Source of the DNA: Takakia lepidozioides | Taxonomy: Eukaryota > Plantae > Bryophyta | Direction: 5' to 3' | DNA: 64,000 nt | Assembly: GCA_030704615.1 (NCBI GenBank) | Contig: CM060734.1 | Coordinates: 15,252,001 to 15,316,000 of the forward strand | Shown: positions 31,986 through 45,700 of the stretch, in pieces | Position numbering within the stretch: the first letter of the stretch is position 1 | How the letters are laid out: each line of letters begins with the position of its first letter | The notes under the pieces: model-generated | Told to the model about the DNA's origin: nothing | What the model saw: only the letters and a program-made list of their open reading frames with translations | Databases searched by the model: none | Translations under genes and position numbers: made by a program

Positions 31986-34900
31986 CCTATGGACCGTGAT
32001 GAGTCCCAAGACTTCCCACGACTCCCACCACGAGGTCTCCGCCCCAGGGTGAGTCCTATGCCACCCCCACTAAGTCCCGCTAAGCTACCACCACCCCTTG
32101 TGGAGCCACCCCCACCGCAACCCGGTGTGCGGGGCTCCACCTAGTGAGCGCCTCCGCCTCCTTGAGTGCCTTGGGCACTCAAGGGTGCTTCAGCCCCCCA
32201 TACCTATCGCTGCCACTGCCCCCACCACAGGGGCAGCCCCTCTTGTGTCCCGACCCCCTTCCCTCAAGGCAAAAGGCCGCGACACACACCCCTACCAACA
32301 GGGAGTCGATGTCCTCATTGGCTTGTCCATTTTGTGGAAACGAACATCCAAGTTGTGGCGTCCCACATCAAGGAGTTTATTTCCGTACCATGGCGTCCCA
32401 TGGCAAAGAACCAAACCCCACACTTGACTCTACTCTCCACTAGCTAGTTCGGCCGACTTCCTCCAAGTCCCGGCCAAGGGTGGAGCCTCTCAAGCTCCTC
32501 CCAGTGCACTCTTCTTGGCCTACTTCAAGGCCAAGGAACGATCCTCCCCGAGGATCGAATCGCCTTACTGCAACAACATTGCTTGCGACCGCTCATGATG
32601 CCGCTTTTGGCATCACCTTGAGCAAGGGTTCACCTCAAACCCTCTTTGACTAGGAAGATAACCTTGAACCAACCGCGCGCCCTAATCATTACAATTGGGT
32701 CCGCCTTGGAATGTTGGCCTGAGGTACGGGAACACGTCAAAGCCGCACTACGACTTCGTCCCGAGGCTACACGATTATAGTACGTGAACGGAAGCACGTA
32801 GCTTCCGTGTTAGCCCACACTACAAAGCAACCCCCTCGGTAGCGCAGTTATAGTATGCATACGCGCCAGGTGCGCACTAGCACGTGAATTCCTAAAGAAG
32901 GCGCAAGTTTCCTTGCCCCTTGGATGGGAGTCACCCGATTTCGGCACTGCGCAAACACACGATTAACCCAATTTACCTCTCCCACTTTTGTAAGCTAGCA
33001 TGCATTCTACACACTAGCCAACCACACCATGCATCACCATTCCAAACAAAATAGGAAGCACAACATTTGGAACCCATTTTCTTTATAACAAATTTTTGTA
33101 CAATACAAGTTTTTGCAATCGGATTCCTAAGCTAGCTAAACCGGGCTAAGCATGCATTTCCTCCCCCCCGCTCCAAGGTTGATGTCCCCATCAACGCTTC
33201 TTCCGCTTTTGAGGTCGCCCTTCGAAAACTGCAACCGCCTCGGATGCGTTTCCCATTTCTGAGGCACGCACCCAAGATGCCTCCACATGATGATAGCCCT
33301 TCCATTTGACGAGATACTCCGTTTCTGGGTTTTGAACCTCCTCGACTTAAGTACTGCCTCCACCTCGTACTCAGGTTCATTTTCATGATCCAACAGCACA
33401 GGTGGCGGACGCAACACTTGATGCCGATTCGGACGCGCTTCATCTTTGAAGTAAGGCTTCAAAGGGAGATGTGGAATACTGGATGCACCTTGCTGTTTGT
33501 CGGCAGCTCCAATTTATACACATCCTCATTCATAACCTTCCGGATGCGTAAGGGTCCCGCATACGGAGGTACGAACTTTGGACTCACTTCCGGAGGTAGT
33601 CGGAAATTCTTGATGTTCAACCAGACCTCCGTGCCTGCCTCAAACTTCACTTCCCTCCTCTTCTGATTCGCCTGCCTTTCATACCGTTTCCTAGCTTTGG
33701 CAATGTTGTACTTTGCGAGCTTCAACAATCGCTCGCGTTCTTCCAGTACCGCCGCTACTGCCGGTTCCTCAACGTCCTGGGTGGCCCAACTTGTCGGCAC
33801 CAGAGGTGCTTTTCCATATACCAATACGAAAGGGGAAACTCCCGTTGCGGAGTGTTCTGTGTTATTATAACAGGACTCTGCTGCGTCTAAGTGTTCCACC
33901 CAGTCTGTTTGGTCTGCCGACACGCTCGTGTGCCTCCTCCACACCCCACTCCCTTGCTGACAGAAGGTTTCCTCCCACGGGTTTGGGCGTTTCTGACACT
34001 CGTAAGACCTCGCCACCATTCCCACATGGCAGCGTGACTACTCTCTTGTGGCCATCTATGACCGCTCCGGATTTGCTCAAAAAGGTCATCCCCAAAATGA
34101 GATCCACTCCATCGATCTCGCAGATGGTGAAGTTCTCACGTCCCTCCCAACTCCCCAGTTGAAGAGGAACATCAAACGCCAACCTTGTCGCCAATTGCGG
34201 TTCTCCTTTGGCAGAACGCACCTCAATAGAGGTCCCTACGTCACTTGTTGGGAGTCCCAGCTTTTGTGCTGTTGCCGGTGTCATGAAGGAGTGCGGCGCT
34301 CCTGTGTCCACCAACAACAACACGTTAGTTCCGGATATTATCCCATCCACGAACAGTAACTGACTCCCTTTATGTAAGGCGCCAGTTTCCTGATACAACT
34401 CACAAGAAAATTTGCCTACCTTGCAAATCCTGGCGACCACCGCTTCCACCAAGCGACTGATGGTATCTTCCGATAGCTCTGTGGTCGCCCGAGTCATGTT
34501 CAATTGCCGGGGCTTCGTGCACTTCTTGGCCATGTGCCCGGGCTCCCCGCAATTGAAACACACTCCATCAAAGGTCGCCTTCTGTCCGCCATAGGACCAC
34601 CCGCTTTTCCTTTCGAAGCACCGGGTGCCGCCTTGACTTGTGAAGGCCCTCCCTTCGATTTCCACATGCCATTGTCGCCGCGTGGCTTATCCCACTTCTT
34701 TTCCGGTCGGAAGGAGTCACCTTCCCGCCGGGTCTTCTTGTGGTTCAGCTCTGTATGGCCTTGTCTTTCACCCTTAGGGACATCCGAGAAACATTCAGCC
34801 CTCTCAATTGCCTCGTTCAAAGTCTTAGGTGGCTTCTCCTCCAACTTCCGCCTGGCCCATGGGGCCAGTCCCGCCACAAAGTTGAAGACCATTTCTGGTT

Positions 34901-36374
34901 CTGCCATGTCCGCGACTTTGAGCAATAGCACATTGAAAGCCTGGACATATCCCCGAATGTCATCTGTTTGCTTCAAATTCCTCATCTTGTCCCAGGCGAG
35001 CCAGGACGCATTGAGGGGCACAAACTGCCTCTTCATCAATTCCTTGAACCCACTCCAGTTCAAGGTTTCCGGGCTTGGACCTCGGTCGTGAAGGCGTTTC
35101 TACCACCATTGTTGAGCATAGCCCCTCAAATAGGTGGGAGCCACTTCCACCCGATCCTCGTCACTCAACTTGGCCGCCCGGAAGTACTGCTCCAACTCCA
35201 AGAGCCAGGTGTTGAGTGCCTTCCGATTTCGGACGCCCTCAAAGGTGTCGGGTTCCTTAGGCTTCACCTTAAACTTTGCCTTAGTGGAAGTGGCATTAGC
35301 CGCCTTCAACTCATCTTTCAACGTCCCGCCAAATTGCGCCAACAACCCTTCCCAAAAGGCTGCCGGCATGGGAGGCATCTGTTGGTCGGTCGGAGCTCCC
35401 AGGGATTCCTCAGGCTCCGACTCCTCAGATTCCTCCCGCTCTTGAGCGGCCTCGTTTTTTGAAACATGCATCGCTTCCTCAAACGGCCGCCTCGGTGACA
35501 CGTCGTCCCCCTCGGTGACACGTCATCCCCATCGGGCTCACCAGGATCATCATCTTTTGGGCCGTTCCGCTTTCGCTTCGGCTTGCCTGACCCCATGATG
35601 AGGCCAATCCCAAGGACGATCGCGTACTGAACTCTAAGCCCTGATATCAAGTGTCGCGCAGCTCACTTCAGTAAACCCCCCCTCAAGTTATAGATACTCG
35701 CTTGATGCGCGCGCCTAACTCCCAACCTGGCCACCGGGCCAACTTGGAGCTTCGGCTGCTCACCGGGGCATAACGGTCCCTCTTTGATCTCCCAAAGAAC
35801 CCTCCAACGATTTGGAACCAGCGGAATTCCCTTTGGTAGTTGGCAGTCCGGAACAGCTCCCCACTCTTTGGTCGCTTTCCGGCTCGCTCGCTTACTCACT
35901 AGTTTTTGGTCACCATCAGGCTTGCATCGTTCTCGGGGTTACTACTCCCTATATATACTTCTGTAGCTGTCCACGGGGGTTTCACAAACAACCATGTCAT
36001 TTTATGGCAAACCACCACGAACACCCTCGACCCCCGGTGATGAGTCGCGGTGAGTCTTGGCCCACCCACCACGGCCCCTATGGACCGTGATGAGTCCCAA
36101 GACTCCCCACGACTCCCACCACGAGGTCTCCGCCCCAGGGTGAGTCCTATGCCACCCCCACTAAGTCCCGCTAAGCTACCACCACCCCTTGTGGAGCCAC
36201 CCCCACCGCAACCCGGTGTGCGGGGCTCCACCTAGTGAGCGCCTCCGCCTCCTTGAGTGCCTTGGGCACTCAAGGGTGCTTCAGCCCCCATACCTATCGC
36301 TGCCACTGCCCCCACCATAGGGGCAGCCCCTCTTGTGTCCCGACCCCCTTCCCTCAAGGCAAAGGGCCGCGACA
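31986..36374 (-). mobile_element. A2: internally deleted copy of chromovirus family A (lacks RT, RNase H and most of integrase); 3' LTR truncated
   Basis: 5' LTR 35652-36374 with mutated PBS (tgatatcagggc). Gag and protease at 33925-35596. Deletion junction at 33924. Integrase C-terminus and chromodomain at 33136-33923. Partial 3' LTR 31986-32284. Confidence 0.94.
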
Positions 36375-36543
36375 TGTGCCCTGCGCGTGGCCCGAGGAAT
36401 GGGGGGGGGGGGGGGGGGGGGCATATAAGCCAAGGGAGGCTCATTCTCCCTTACTTCCTCTCCACACAACTTCTGTGTGCGTGGCATGTAACTATTCCAC
36501 GACACGTAGTCACGTGGAGAATGAGGCCATTGGCTGGGTGGGG

Positions 36544-39500
36544 TGTCGCACACCTCCCTTCGGTAAGCTCCCCCTCAAGTCATAGTTACTCGCTTTGATG
36601 CGCGCCTGACTCCCAACCTGGCCGCCGGGCCAACTTGGAGCTTCGGCTGCTCACCGGGGCATAACGGTCCCCCTTTGTTCTCCCAAAGAACCCTCCACCG
36701 CTTCGGAACCAGCGGGAATTCCCTTTGGTAGTTGGCAGTCCGGAACAGCTCCCCACTCTTTGGTCGCTTTCCGGCTCGCTCGCTTACTCACTAGTTTTTG
36801 GTCACCAACGGGCTTGCACCGTTCTCGGGGTTATTACTCCCTATATATACTTCTGTAGCTGTCAGCAGAGGTTTCACAACCAGCCATGCCATTTTATGGC
36901 GAACCACCACGAAGACCCTCGATTCCCGGTGGTGAGTCGCGTGAGTCTTGGCCCACTCACCGCGGCCCCAATGGACCGTGATGAGTCCCAAGACTCCCCA
37001 CGACTCCCACCTCGAGGTCTCCGCCCCAGGGTGAGTCCTAGGCCACCCCCACTAAGTCCCGCTAAGCTACCACCACCCCTTGTGGAGCCACCCCCACCGC
37101 AACCCGGTGTGCGGGGCTCCACCTAGTGAGCGCCTCCGCCTCCTTGAGTGCCTTGGGCACTCAAGGGTGCTTCAGCCCCCGTACCTATCGCTGCTACTGC
37201 CCCCACCACAGGGGCAGCCCCTCTTGTGTTCCGACCCCCCCTGCCCTCAAGGCAAAGGGCCGCGACACACACCCCTACCAACAGGGAGTCGATGTCCTCA
37301 TCGACTTGTCCATTTTGTAGAAACGAACATCCAAGTTGTGGCGTCCCACATCAAGGAGTTTGTTTCCGTACCATGGCGTCCCATGGCAAAGAACCAAACC
37401 CCACACTTGACTCTACTCTCCACTAGCTAGTTCGGCCGACTTCCTCCAAGTCCCGGCCAGGGGGGAGCCTCTCAAGCTCCTCCCAGTGCACTCTTCTTGG
37501 CCTACTTCAAGGCCAAGGAACGACCCCGAGGATCGAATCGCCTTACTGCAACAACATTGCTTGCGACCGCTCATGATGCCGCTTTTGGCATCACCTTGAG
37601 CAAGGGTTCACCTCAAACCCTCTTTGACTAGGAAGATAACCTTGAACCAACCGTGCGCCCCAATCACTACAATTGGGTCCGCCTTGGAATGCTGGCCTGA
37701 GGTACGGGAACACGCCGAAGCCGCACTACGACTTCGTCCCGAGGCTACACGATTATAGTACGTGAACGGAAGCACGTAGCTTCCGTTAGCCCACTACAAG
37801 CAACCCCTCGGTAGCGCAGTTATAGTATGCGTACGCGCCAGGTGCGCACTAGCACGTGAACTCCTAAAGAAGGTGCAAGTTTCCTTGCCCCTTGGATGGG
37901 AGTCACCCGATTTCGGCACTGCGCAAACACACGATTAACCCAATTTACCTCTCCCACTTTTGTAAGCTAGCATGCATTCTACACACTAGCCAACCACACC
38001 ATGCATCACCATTCCAAACAAAATAGGAAACACAACATTTGGAACCCATTTTCTTTATAACAAATTTTTGTACAATACAAGTTTTTGCAATCGGATTCCT
38101 AAGCTAGCTAAACCGGGCTAAGCATGCATTTCCTCCCCCCGCTCCAAGGTTGATGTCCCCATCAACGCTTCTTCCGCTTTTGAGGTCGCCCTTCGAAAAC
38201 TGCAACCGCCTCGGATGCGTTTCCCATTTCTGAGGCACGCACCCAAGATGCCTCCACATGATGATAGCCCTTCCATTTGACGAGATACTCCGTTTCTCGG
38301 TTCTTGAACCTCCTCGACTTAAGTATTGCCTCCACCTCGTACTCAGGTTCATTTTCATGATCCAACAGCACAGGTGGCGGACGCAACACTTGATGCCGAT
38401 TCGGACGCGCTTCATCTTTGAAGTAAGGCTTCAAAAGGGAGACGTGGAATACTGATGCACCTTGCTGTTTGCGGCAGCTCCAATTCATACACATCCTCAT
38501 TCATAACCTTCCGATGCGAAAGGTCCCGCATACGGAGGTACGAACTTTGGACTCACTTCCGGAGGTAGTCGGAAATTCTTGATGTTCAACCAGACCTCCG
38601 TGCCTGCCTCAAACTTCACTTCCCTCCGCTTCCGATTCGCCTGCCTTTCATACCGTTTCCTAGCTTTGGCAATGTTGTACTTTGCGAGCTTCAACAAACG
38701 CTCGCGTTCTTCCAGTACCGCCGCTACTGCCGGTTCCTCAACGTCCTGGGCGGCCCAACTTGTCGGCACCAGAGGTGCTTTTCATAGACCAATACGAAAG
38801 GGGAAACTCCCGTTGCGGAGTGTTCTGTGTTATTATAACAGAACTCTGCCGCGTCTAAGTGTTCCATCCAGTCTGATTGGTCTGACACGTAATTCCGCAA
38901 GAATTGCTTCACTACGGAATTCACTCTTTCCGTTTGGCCGTCCGTCGTAGGTCGGAAGGCGGTGCTCATCTTCAGCCTCGTCCCCATCTTCTTCCAAAGT
39001 GTCCTCCAAAATTTACTCGTAAACTTTGGATCGCGATCCGAGACAATATCCTTCGGGACTCCATGATGCTTTAAGACGTGGGCGAAGTAAAGTCGCATGT
39101 CTCCTGCGCCGTTGCCGTCTCCTTGGTGGGGATGAAATGGCCCATTTTACTGAACCTATCCACCACCACCATGATTGCATCGAATCCTTTTGACAGCGGC
39201 ATAGCAGTCATGAAATCCATCGAGACGCTTTCCCAAGTCCCCTCTGGAATCGGCAAGGGTTGTAAGCCCGCTTGCTTTTTGTACTCGCTCCGGTTTTGTT
39301 GGCATGTGGTGCATGTCTTGACATACTCCTCTGCCTCCTCCCTCAGTTTGGGCCAGAAATACTCTTTCTTCAAGAGTGCCGCAGTGCGCTTGGCTCCGCC
39401 GTGGCCCGCAAGCGGGCTATCATGGCATTCTCTCAAGAGGCTATCTCTGATCCCTCCCTTCGGCACGTAGAGACGCTTTTGCTTATACCGGAGCAGTCCA

Positions 39501-40716
39501 TTTTGCAAGTGGATCTGCGATTTAACCCCCATCCTCAAGTCCTGCATCACGGACTTCGCCAGCTCATCCTTCCGGTAAGCCTTCCGGATCTTCCTTTGGA
39601 GCGCCTCTCGCCTTGTACACCAACAAGAGCTGCTGCTTTCTACTTAAAGCATCGGCCACCACGTTGTCTCGTCCCGGTTTGTACTGGATATCCACGTCGA
39701 ACACCGCCAAAGTATCTTGCCACCTAAGTTGTTTTGGGGACAACTTGGGCTGCGTGGCAAAATACTTCACCGTGACATTGTCCGTGAACACCTTCACTGG
39801 GTTGGAACCAACATAGTGGCGCCAAAGCTCAAGACAGTGCACCACCGCCTTCATCTCTTTTTCGTGCGTCGGCCACCGTCGCTCCACTTCATTCAGTTTC
39901 TTACTTTTGTAAGCCACTGGACGTCCATCTTGCATAAGTACACCCCAATCACGAAGTCCGACGCATCTGTATGAATCTCAAATGGACGATCGAACTCCGG
40001 GATTTTCAAGACTGGAGCTTCCGCCATCCGCTGCTTCAATTCAGCAAAAGCTTGGCCACAAAATGTGTTCCATACCCAGACTTTGGATTTACACATAAGG
40101 TCCGACAGCGGCCCCGCGATCTTGGCGAAATTTCTCACATACTTCCGGTAATAGGAGGCGAGTCCTAGGAAGGATCGCACTCCCGGGACCGAAGTCGGAG
40201 GCTCCCAGTCCAAGATTGCCCTCACCTTTCTGTCATCCATTTTGATCCCATCCTGTGTAATCACATGCCCCAAGAACTCCACTTTCGTGACCCCGAATTC
40301 GCACTTTGAAGCTTTGGTGTACAGCTTCCCTTCCCGCAACTTTTGGAACACCCTTTTGAGGTGCTCCAGGTGTTCCTCCTTTGTTTTCGAGTACACCAAG
40401 ATGTCGTCGATGTACACGATCACAAAGTCATCCAACCACTCCTGAAAAGGCTGTTCATCAGCGTGCTAAAGTCGCGGTGCATTGTGAGCCCAAAAGGCAT
40501 CACCAAGAACTCATATGAACCATACCTTGTCCTGCACGCGGTCTTCTCCTCATCTCCTTCCGCCACCCGAATTTGATGATAGCCGGAGCGCAAGTCGATC
40601 CGGCTGAAATACTTTGCTCCTGCCAACCGGTCGAAAAGGTCGTCGATCCTTGGCAAAGGGTACCGGTTTTTAATAGTCACCTTATTCAAAGCCCTGTAAT
40701 CGACACATCCGCAGCG
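36544..40716 (-). mobile_element. A3: 5'-truncated copy of chromovirus family A (RT to 3' LTR)
   Basis: 3' LTR 36544-37267, PPT, 3' non-coding region, chromodomain, integrase, RNase H and RT back to CVDYRALN. Homology stops at ~40716. Confidence 0.94.
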
Positions 40717-42787
40717 CCCTACTCCTTTGATGGACCAGTCAACATCCAAGACGAACGGTCTTGAGAAATCTGGTCTTGCCAGGATGGGAGCAACCAACTT
40801 CACCTGTAAGGCAGAAAGGCGTTTTGTGCCTCTGCACTCCAGAAACTTCACATCTTCTTGGTTAGAGTGAACAAGGTACTGCTACTCAGCATATCCTTTG
40901 ACATAGGGCCTATAGTACCCTGTCATGCCCAAGTAGCTTTTGAGAGCAGTGTGGTTTTTGGGCAAGGGAAACCTTTCAATAGCAGCTATCTTATCTGGAT
41001 CAGGCCACGTTCCCTCTTCAGAGATCACATGCCCAAGGAATACCAACTGTAAGTTGGCAAAGTAACACTTGTCCGGATTGAGCCTAAGATTGGCCTTTCT
41101 AACCTTTCTCAGTACTCTCTTTATATGTCCCACGTGATCTCCCCAGTCCTTGCTATGGATATTGACGTCATCTACAAAAACTTTAGCGCAATCTTTGATT
41201 TCTTCTTTGAGCACCCTATTCATTGTTCTCTGAAAGGTAGCAGTGGCATTTTTTAGCCCGAATGGCATGACTAGCCATTCATACAATCCCTTCTTTGTGA
41301 TCACTGCTGTTTTGCTTATGTCTCGGTCGTCCATTTTGATCTGCCAAAAACCAGATTGTAAATCCAGCGCAGAAAACCACTTGGCTTTCCCCAATTGGTT
41401 TAAAACATCCTGAATTAATGGCATAGGGTAAGAGTCCCTTCTGGTTAAATGGTTTACTGGCCTAAAATCACCACAAAAGGTGGAAGGGTAACTGGACACG
41501 ACCATTCTGAACTACTCTCTCTCATCTTGCCTTGTGAGATCAAAGTCTCAATTTGTCCTTGTACCTCATTTTCCTGCCACTCTGATAGGCGGCTGGGACG
41601 ACTTCTGCAAGGGGGAAAGCCTTGAGTATCAATTGTATGTTCCACCTCACTGCAATATCCTAAGTCAGCCTTGCTAAGAGCAAAACATTCCTGATTTGCT
41701 TTTAGTTCTTGCTCCAGCTCTTTTCTTTGTTCTGGAGCGAGCTTTGGGTTGATGTGTAGTCTGGATTTCAGACTTCTCCAACGACTCTCCATTTTCCTCT
41801 TGACTGGTTCTAAACTCTTTCCCTCCACCTGGCTTACAGAGTTAGCTACTCTCTGTCTTTCCTCCTGTGTGACAACTTGATTCCAATCATGGAAATCATC
41901 CTCTATTTCTACGTTGTTGTTCCCTAGTTCTCCATCCCAAGCCTTCTGGTGAGCTTCCTGAATTATAGCGGCAGCAATGCTACGTTGGGTCTCTTCCTGA
42001 AGGAGTTCAGACATCCCTTGGTCTTCGAACAGGTCCATCATCTATTATCTCCTCAACATCCTTCAGTACTGTATCTACCTCCTCACTCTCTTCAGAACCT
42101 CCCATCTCCTCATCCTTAACAGATTTAGAGGTGTCAGAACCTGAGGATCCTTCCTCCGTGTCCTCATACTCTTCCTCTGGCTTTCTTTCTTTCTCCCACA
42201 AGCCTAGGTACTGCTCATCTGACGTCAGGGTTAAGACATTACCTGCTGACGTACTGCCTGCATACCGCACTCTGCTCTCGACCCCTCTATGGCAGGCTGT
42301 TTTGGTAACTGCAGGCTCATTATAATTTATGGTGTGCAAAGGGAAGTGAGAAAAATCCTTTCCTGGCCCATAGCGCACACGAATTGTTTCAGCTTCGGTG
42401 TCAACTACAGCGCCAAACTTTTTGAGAAAGTCTAATCCCAGCAGCATGTGATATGTATCCCACCACCATAAAGGACAAACGATTGGTCAGCTCTCCTACT
42501 TTGACCTTGATGTCCTCAAGTCTGCCCATTGCAGTCTCAAGCACCAGAGGCTACTCTGTAATTACATCCTTACTAGTAATGACAGATCCCATCAGACCAA
42601 GATCCCTTACAGTACTCGCGGATATTACTGAGAGCATGGCACCTGTGTCAATCTGGCCTAATAATTGGTAATCTCCCATTGTAATCATCACATGAAGTGC
42701 CTTTACTTTACCAGTATAAGCATATGAGATTGTGGGTTCAGCGTGTGCTGAGTAAAAAGGTCTTGGTACATCCCTCACAACTTCTAC

Positions 42788-45700
42788 TGTCACGGCCCTT
42801 TGCCTTGAGGGCAGGGGGTCGGGACACATGAGGGGCTGCCCCTGTGGTGGGGGCAGCGGCAGCGATAGGTATGGGGGGCTGAAGCACCCTTGAGTGCCCA
42901 AGGCACTCAAGGAGGCGGAGGCGCTCACTAGGTGGAGCCCCGCACACCGGGTTGCGGTGGGGGTGGCTCCACAAGGGGTGGTGGTAGCTTAGCGGGACTT
43001 AGTGGGGGTGGCATAGGACTCACCATGGGGCGGAGACCTCGTGGTGGGAGTCGTGGGAGTCTTGGGACTCATCACGGTCCATAGGGGCCGTGGTGAGTGG
43101 GCCAAGACTCACCGCGACTCATCACCGGGAGTCGAGGGTTTTCGTGGTGGTTCGCCATAAAATGGCATGGCTGGTTGTGAAACCCCCGCGGACAGCTACA
43201 GAAGTATATATAAGGGGAGTAGTACCCCGAGAACGGTGCAAGCCCGTTGGTGACCAAAAACTAGTGAGTAAGCGAGCGAGCCGGAAAGCGACCAAAGAGT
43301 GGGGAGCTGTTCCGGACTGCCATCTACCAAAGGGAATTCCACTAGGCCCAAAGGTGGAGGGTTTAGTGGGAGAGCGAAGGGGGGACCGTTATGTCCCGGT
43401 GAGCAGCCGAAGCTCCAAGTTGGCCGGCGGCCAGGTTGGGAGTCAGGCGCGCGCATCAAAGCGAGTAACTATGACTTGAAGGGGAGCTTACCGAAGTGAG
43501 GTGCGCGACACTTGGTATCAGAGCTTAGAGTTCAGTACGCGATCGTCCTTGGGATTGGCCTCATCATGGGGTCGGGCAAGCCAAAGCGAAAGCGGAACGG
43601 CCCAAAAGATGATGATCCTGGTGAGCCCGATGGGGGCGACGTGTCACCGAGCGGCCGTTTGGAAGCGATGCAGGTTTCCGAAAACGAGGCCGCTCAAGAG
43701 CGGGAGGAATCCGAGGAGTCGGAGCCCGAGGAATCCTGAGAGCTCCGACAACCAACAGATGCCTCCCATGCCGGCAGCCTTTTTGGGAAGGGTTGTTGGC
43801 GCAGTTTGGCGGGACGTTGAAAGACGTGTTGAAGGCGGCTAATGCCACTTCCACTAAGGCAAAGTTTAAGGTGAAGCCTAAGGAACCCGGCACCTTCGAG
43901 GGCGTCCGAAATCGGAAGGCACTCAACACCTGGCTCTTGGAGCTAGAGCAGTACTTCCGGGCGGCCAAGTTGAGTGACGAGGATCGGGTGGAAGTGGCTC
44001 CCACCTATTTGAGGGGCTATGCTCAACAATGGTGGCAGAAACGCCTTCACGACCGAGGTCCAAGCCCGGAAACCTTGAACTGGAGTGGGTTCAAGGAATT
44101 GATGAAGAGACAGTTTGTGCCCCTCAACGCCTGGCTTGCCCGGGACAAGATGAGGAATTTGAAGCAAACAGATGACATTCGGGGATATGTCCAGGCTTTC
44201 AATGTGCTGTTGCTCGAAGTCGCGGACATGGCAGAACCAGAAATGGTCTTCAACTTTGTGGCGGGACTGGCCCCATGGGCCAGGCGGAAGTTGGAGGAGA
44301 AGCCACCCAAGACTTTGAACGAGGCAATTGAGAGGGCTGAATGTTTCTCGGATGTCCCTAGGGGTGAAGACAAGGCCGTACGGAGCTGAACCACAAGAAG
44401 ACCCGGCGGAAGGTGACTCCTTCCGACCGGAAAAGAAGTGGGATAGGCCACGCGGCAACAATGGCACGTGGAAATCGAAGGGAGGGCCTTCACACGTCAA
44501 GGCGGCACCCGGTGCTTCGAAAGGAAAAGCGGGTGGAGCGGCTTATGGCGGACAGAAGGCGACCTTTGATGGAGTGTGTTTCAATTGCGGGAGCCCGGGC
44601 ACATGGCCAAGAAGTGCACGAAGCCCCGACAATTGAACATGACTCGGGCGACCACGGAGTGTCGGAAGATACCATCAGTCGCTTGGTGGAAGCGGTGGTC
44701 GCCAGGACTTGCAAGGTAGGCAAATTTCTTGTGAGTTGTATCAGGAAACTGGCGCCTTACGTAAAGGGAGTCAGTTATTGTTCGTGGATGGGATAATATC
44801 CGGAACTAACGTGTCGTTGTTGGTGGACACAGGAGCGTCGCACTCCTTCATGACACCGGCAACGGCACAAAAGCTGGGACTCCCGACAAGTGACGTGGGG
44901 CCTCTATTGAGGTGCGTTCTGCCAAAGGAGAACCGCAGTTGGCGACAGGTTGGCGTTGATGTTCCTCTTCAACTGGGGAGTTGGGAGGGACGTGAGAACT
45001 TCACCATCTGCGAGATCGATGGAGTGGATCTCATTTTGGGGATGACCTTTTTGAGCAAATCCGGAGCGGTCATAGATGGCCGCAAGAGAGTAGTCACGCT
45101 GCCATGTGGAATGGTGGCGAGGTCTTACGAGTGTCGGAAACGCCCAAACCGTGGGAGGGCGAATAAACCTTCTGTCAGCAAGGAGTGGGCCGTGGAGGAG
45201 GCACACGAGCCCCAGTTTTTGCTTTACATTAGAGAAGTGAAGGGAGAAGGCGATGGGAGCCGAGCCCAGATTGGATCAAGGGGATTTTGGAGAAATACCA
45301 GGATGTGATGCCGGAGGATTTACCAAGCGGCTTGCCACCGCGAAGAGGAGTTGACCACAAGATTGAGGTGATACCGGGATCGGAACCGCCTGCCAAGGCG
45401 CCCTACCGGTTGAGCCACAGAGAGTTGGTCGAGCTGAAGACTCAGCTCAAGGATCTAATGTCAAAGGGGTACATCCGGCCGAGTAAGTCACCTTACGGAG
45501 CCCCGGTGCTATTTGCAGACAAGAAGGATGGGACGCTGCGGATGTGTGTCGATTACAGGCTCTGAATAAGGTGACTATCAAAAACCGGTACCCTTTGCCA
45601 AGGATCGACGACCTCTTCGATCGGTTGGCAGGAGCGAAGTATTTCAGCCGGATCGACTTGCGCTCCGGCTATCATCAAATTCGGGTGGCGGAAGGAGATG

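Noticed and set aside
36030-36125. Hammerhead ribozyme (retrozyme) in the family A LTR, suggested by repeated TGATGAG
   Set aside because: The core reads GTGATGAG rather than CTGATGAG, and there is no correctly placed GAAA with closing stems.
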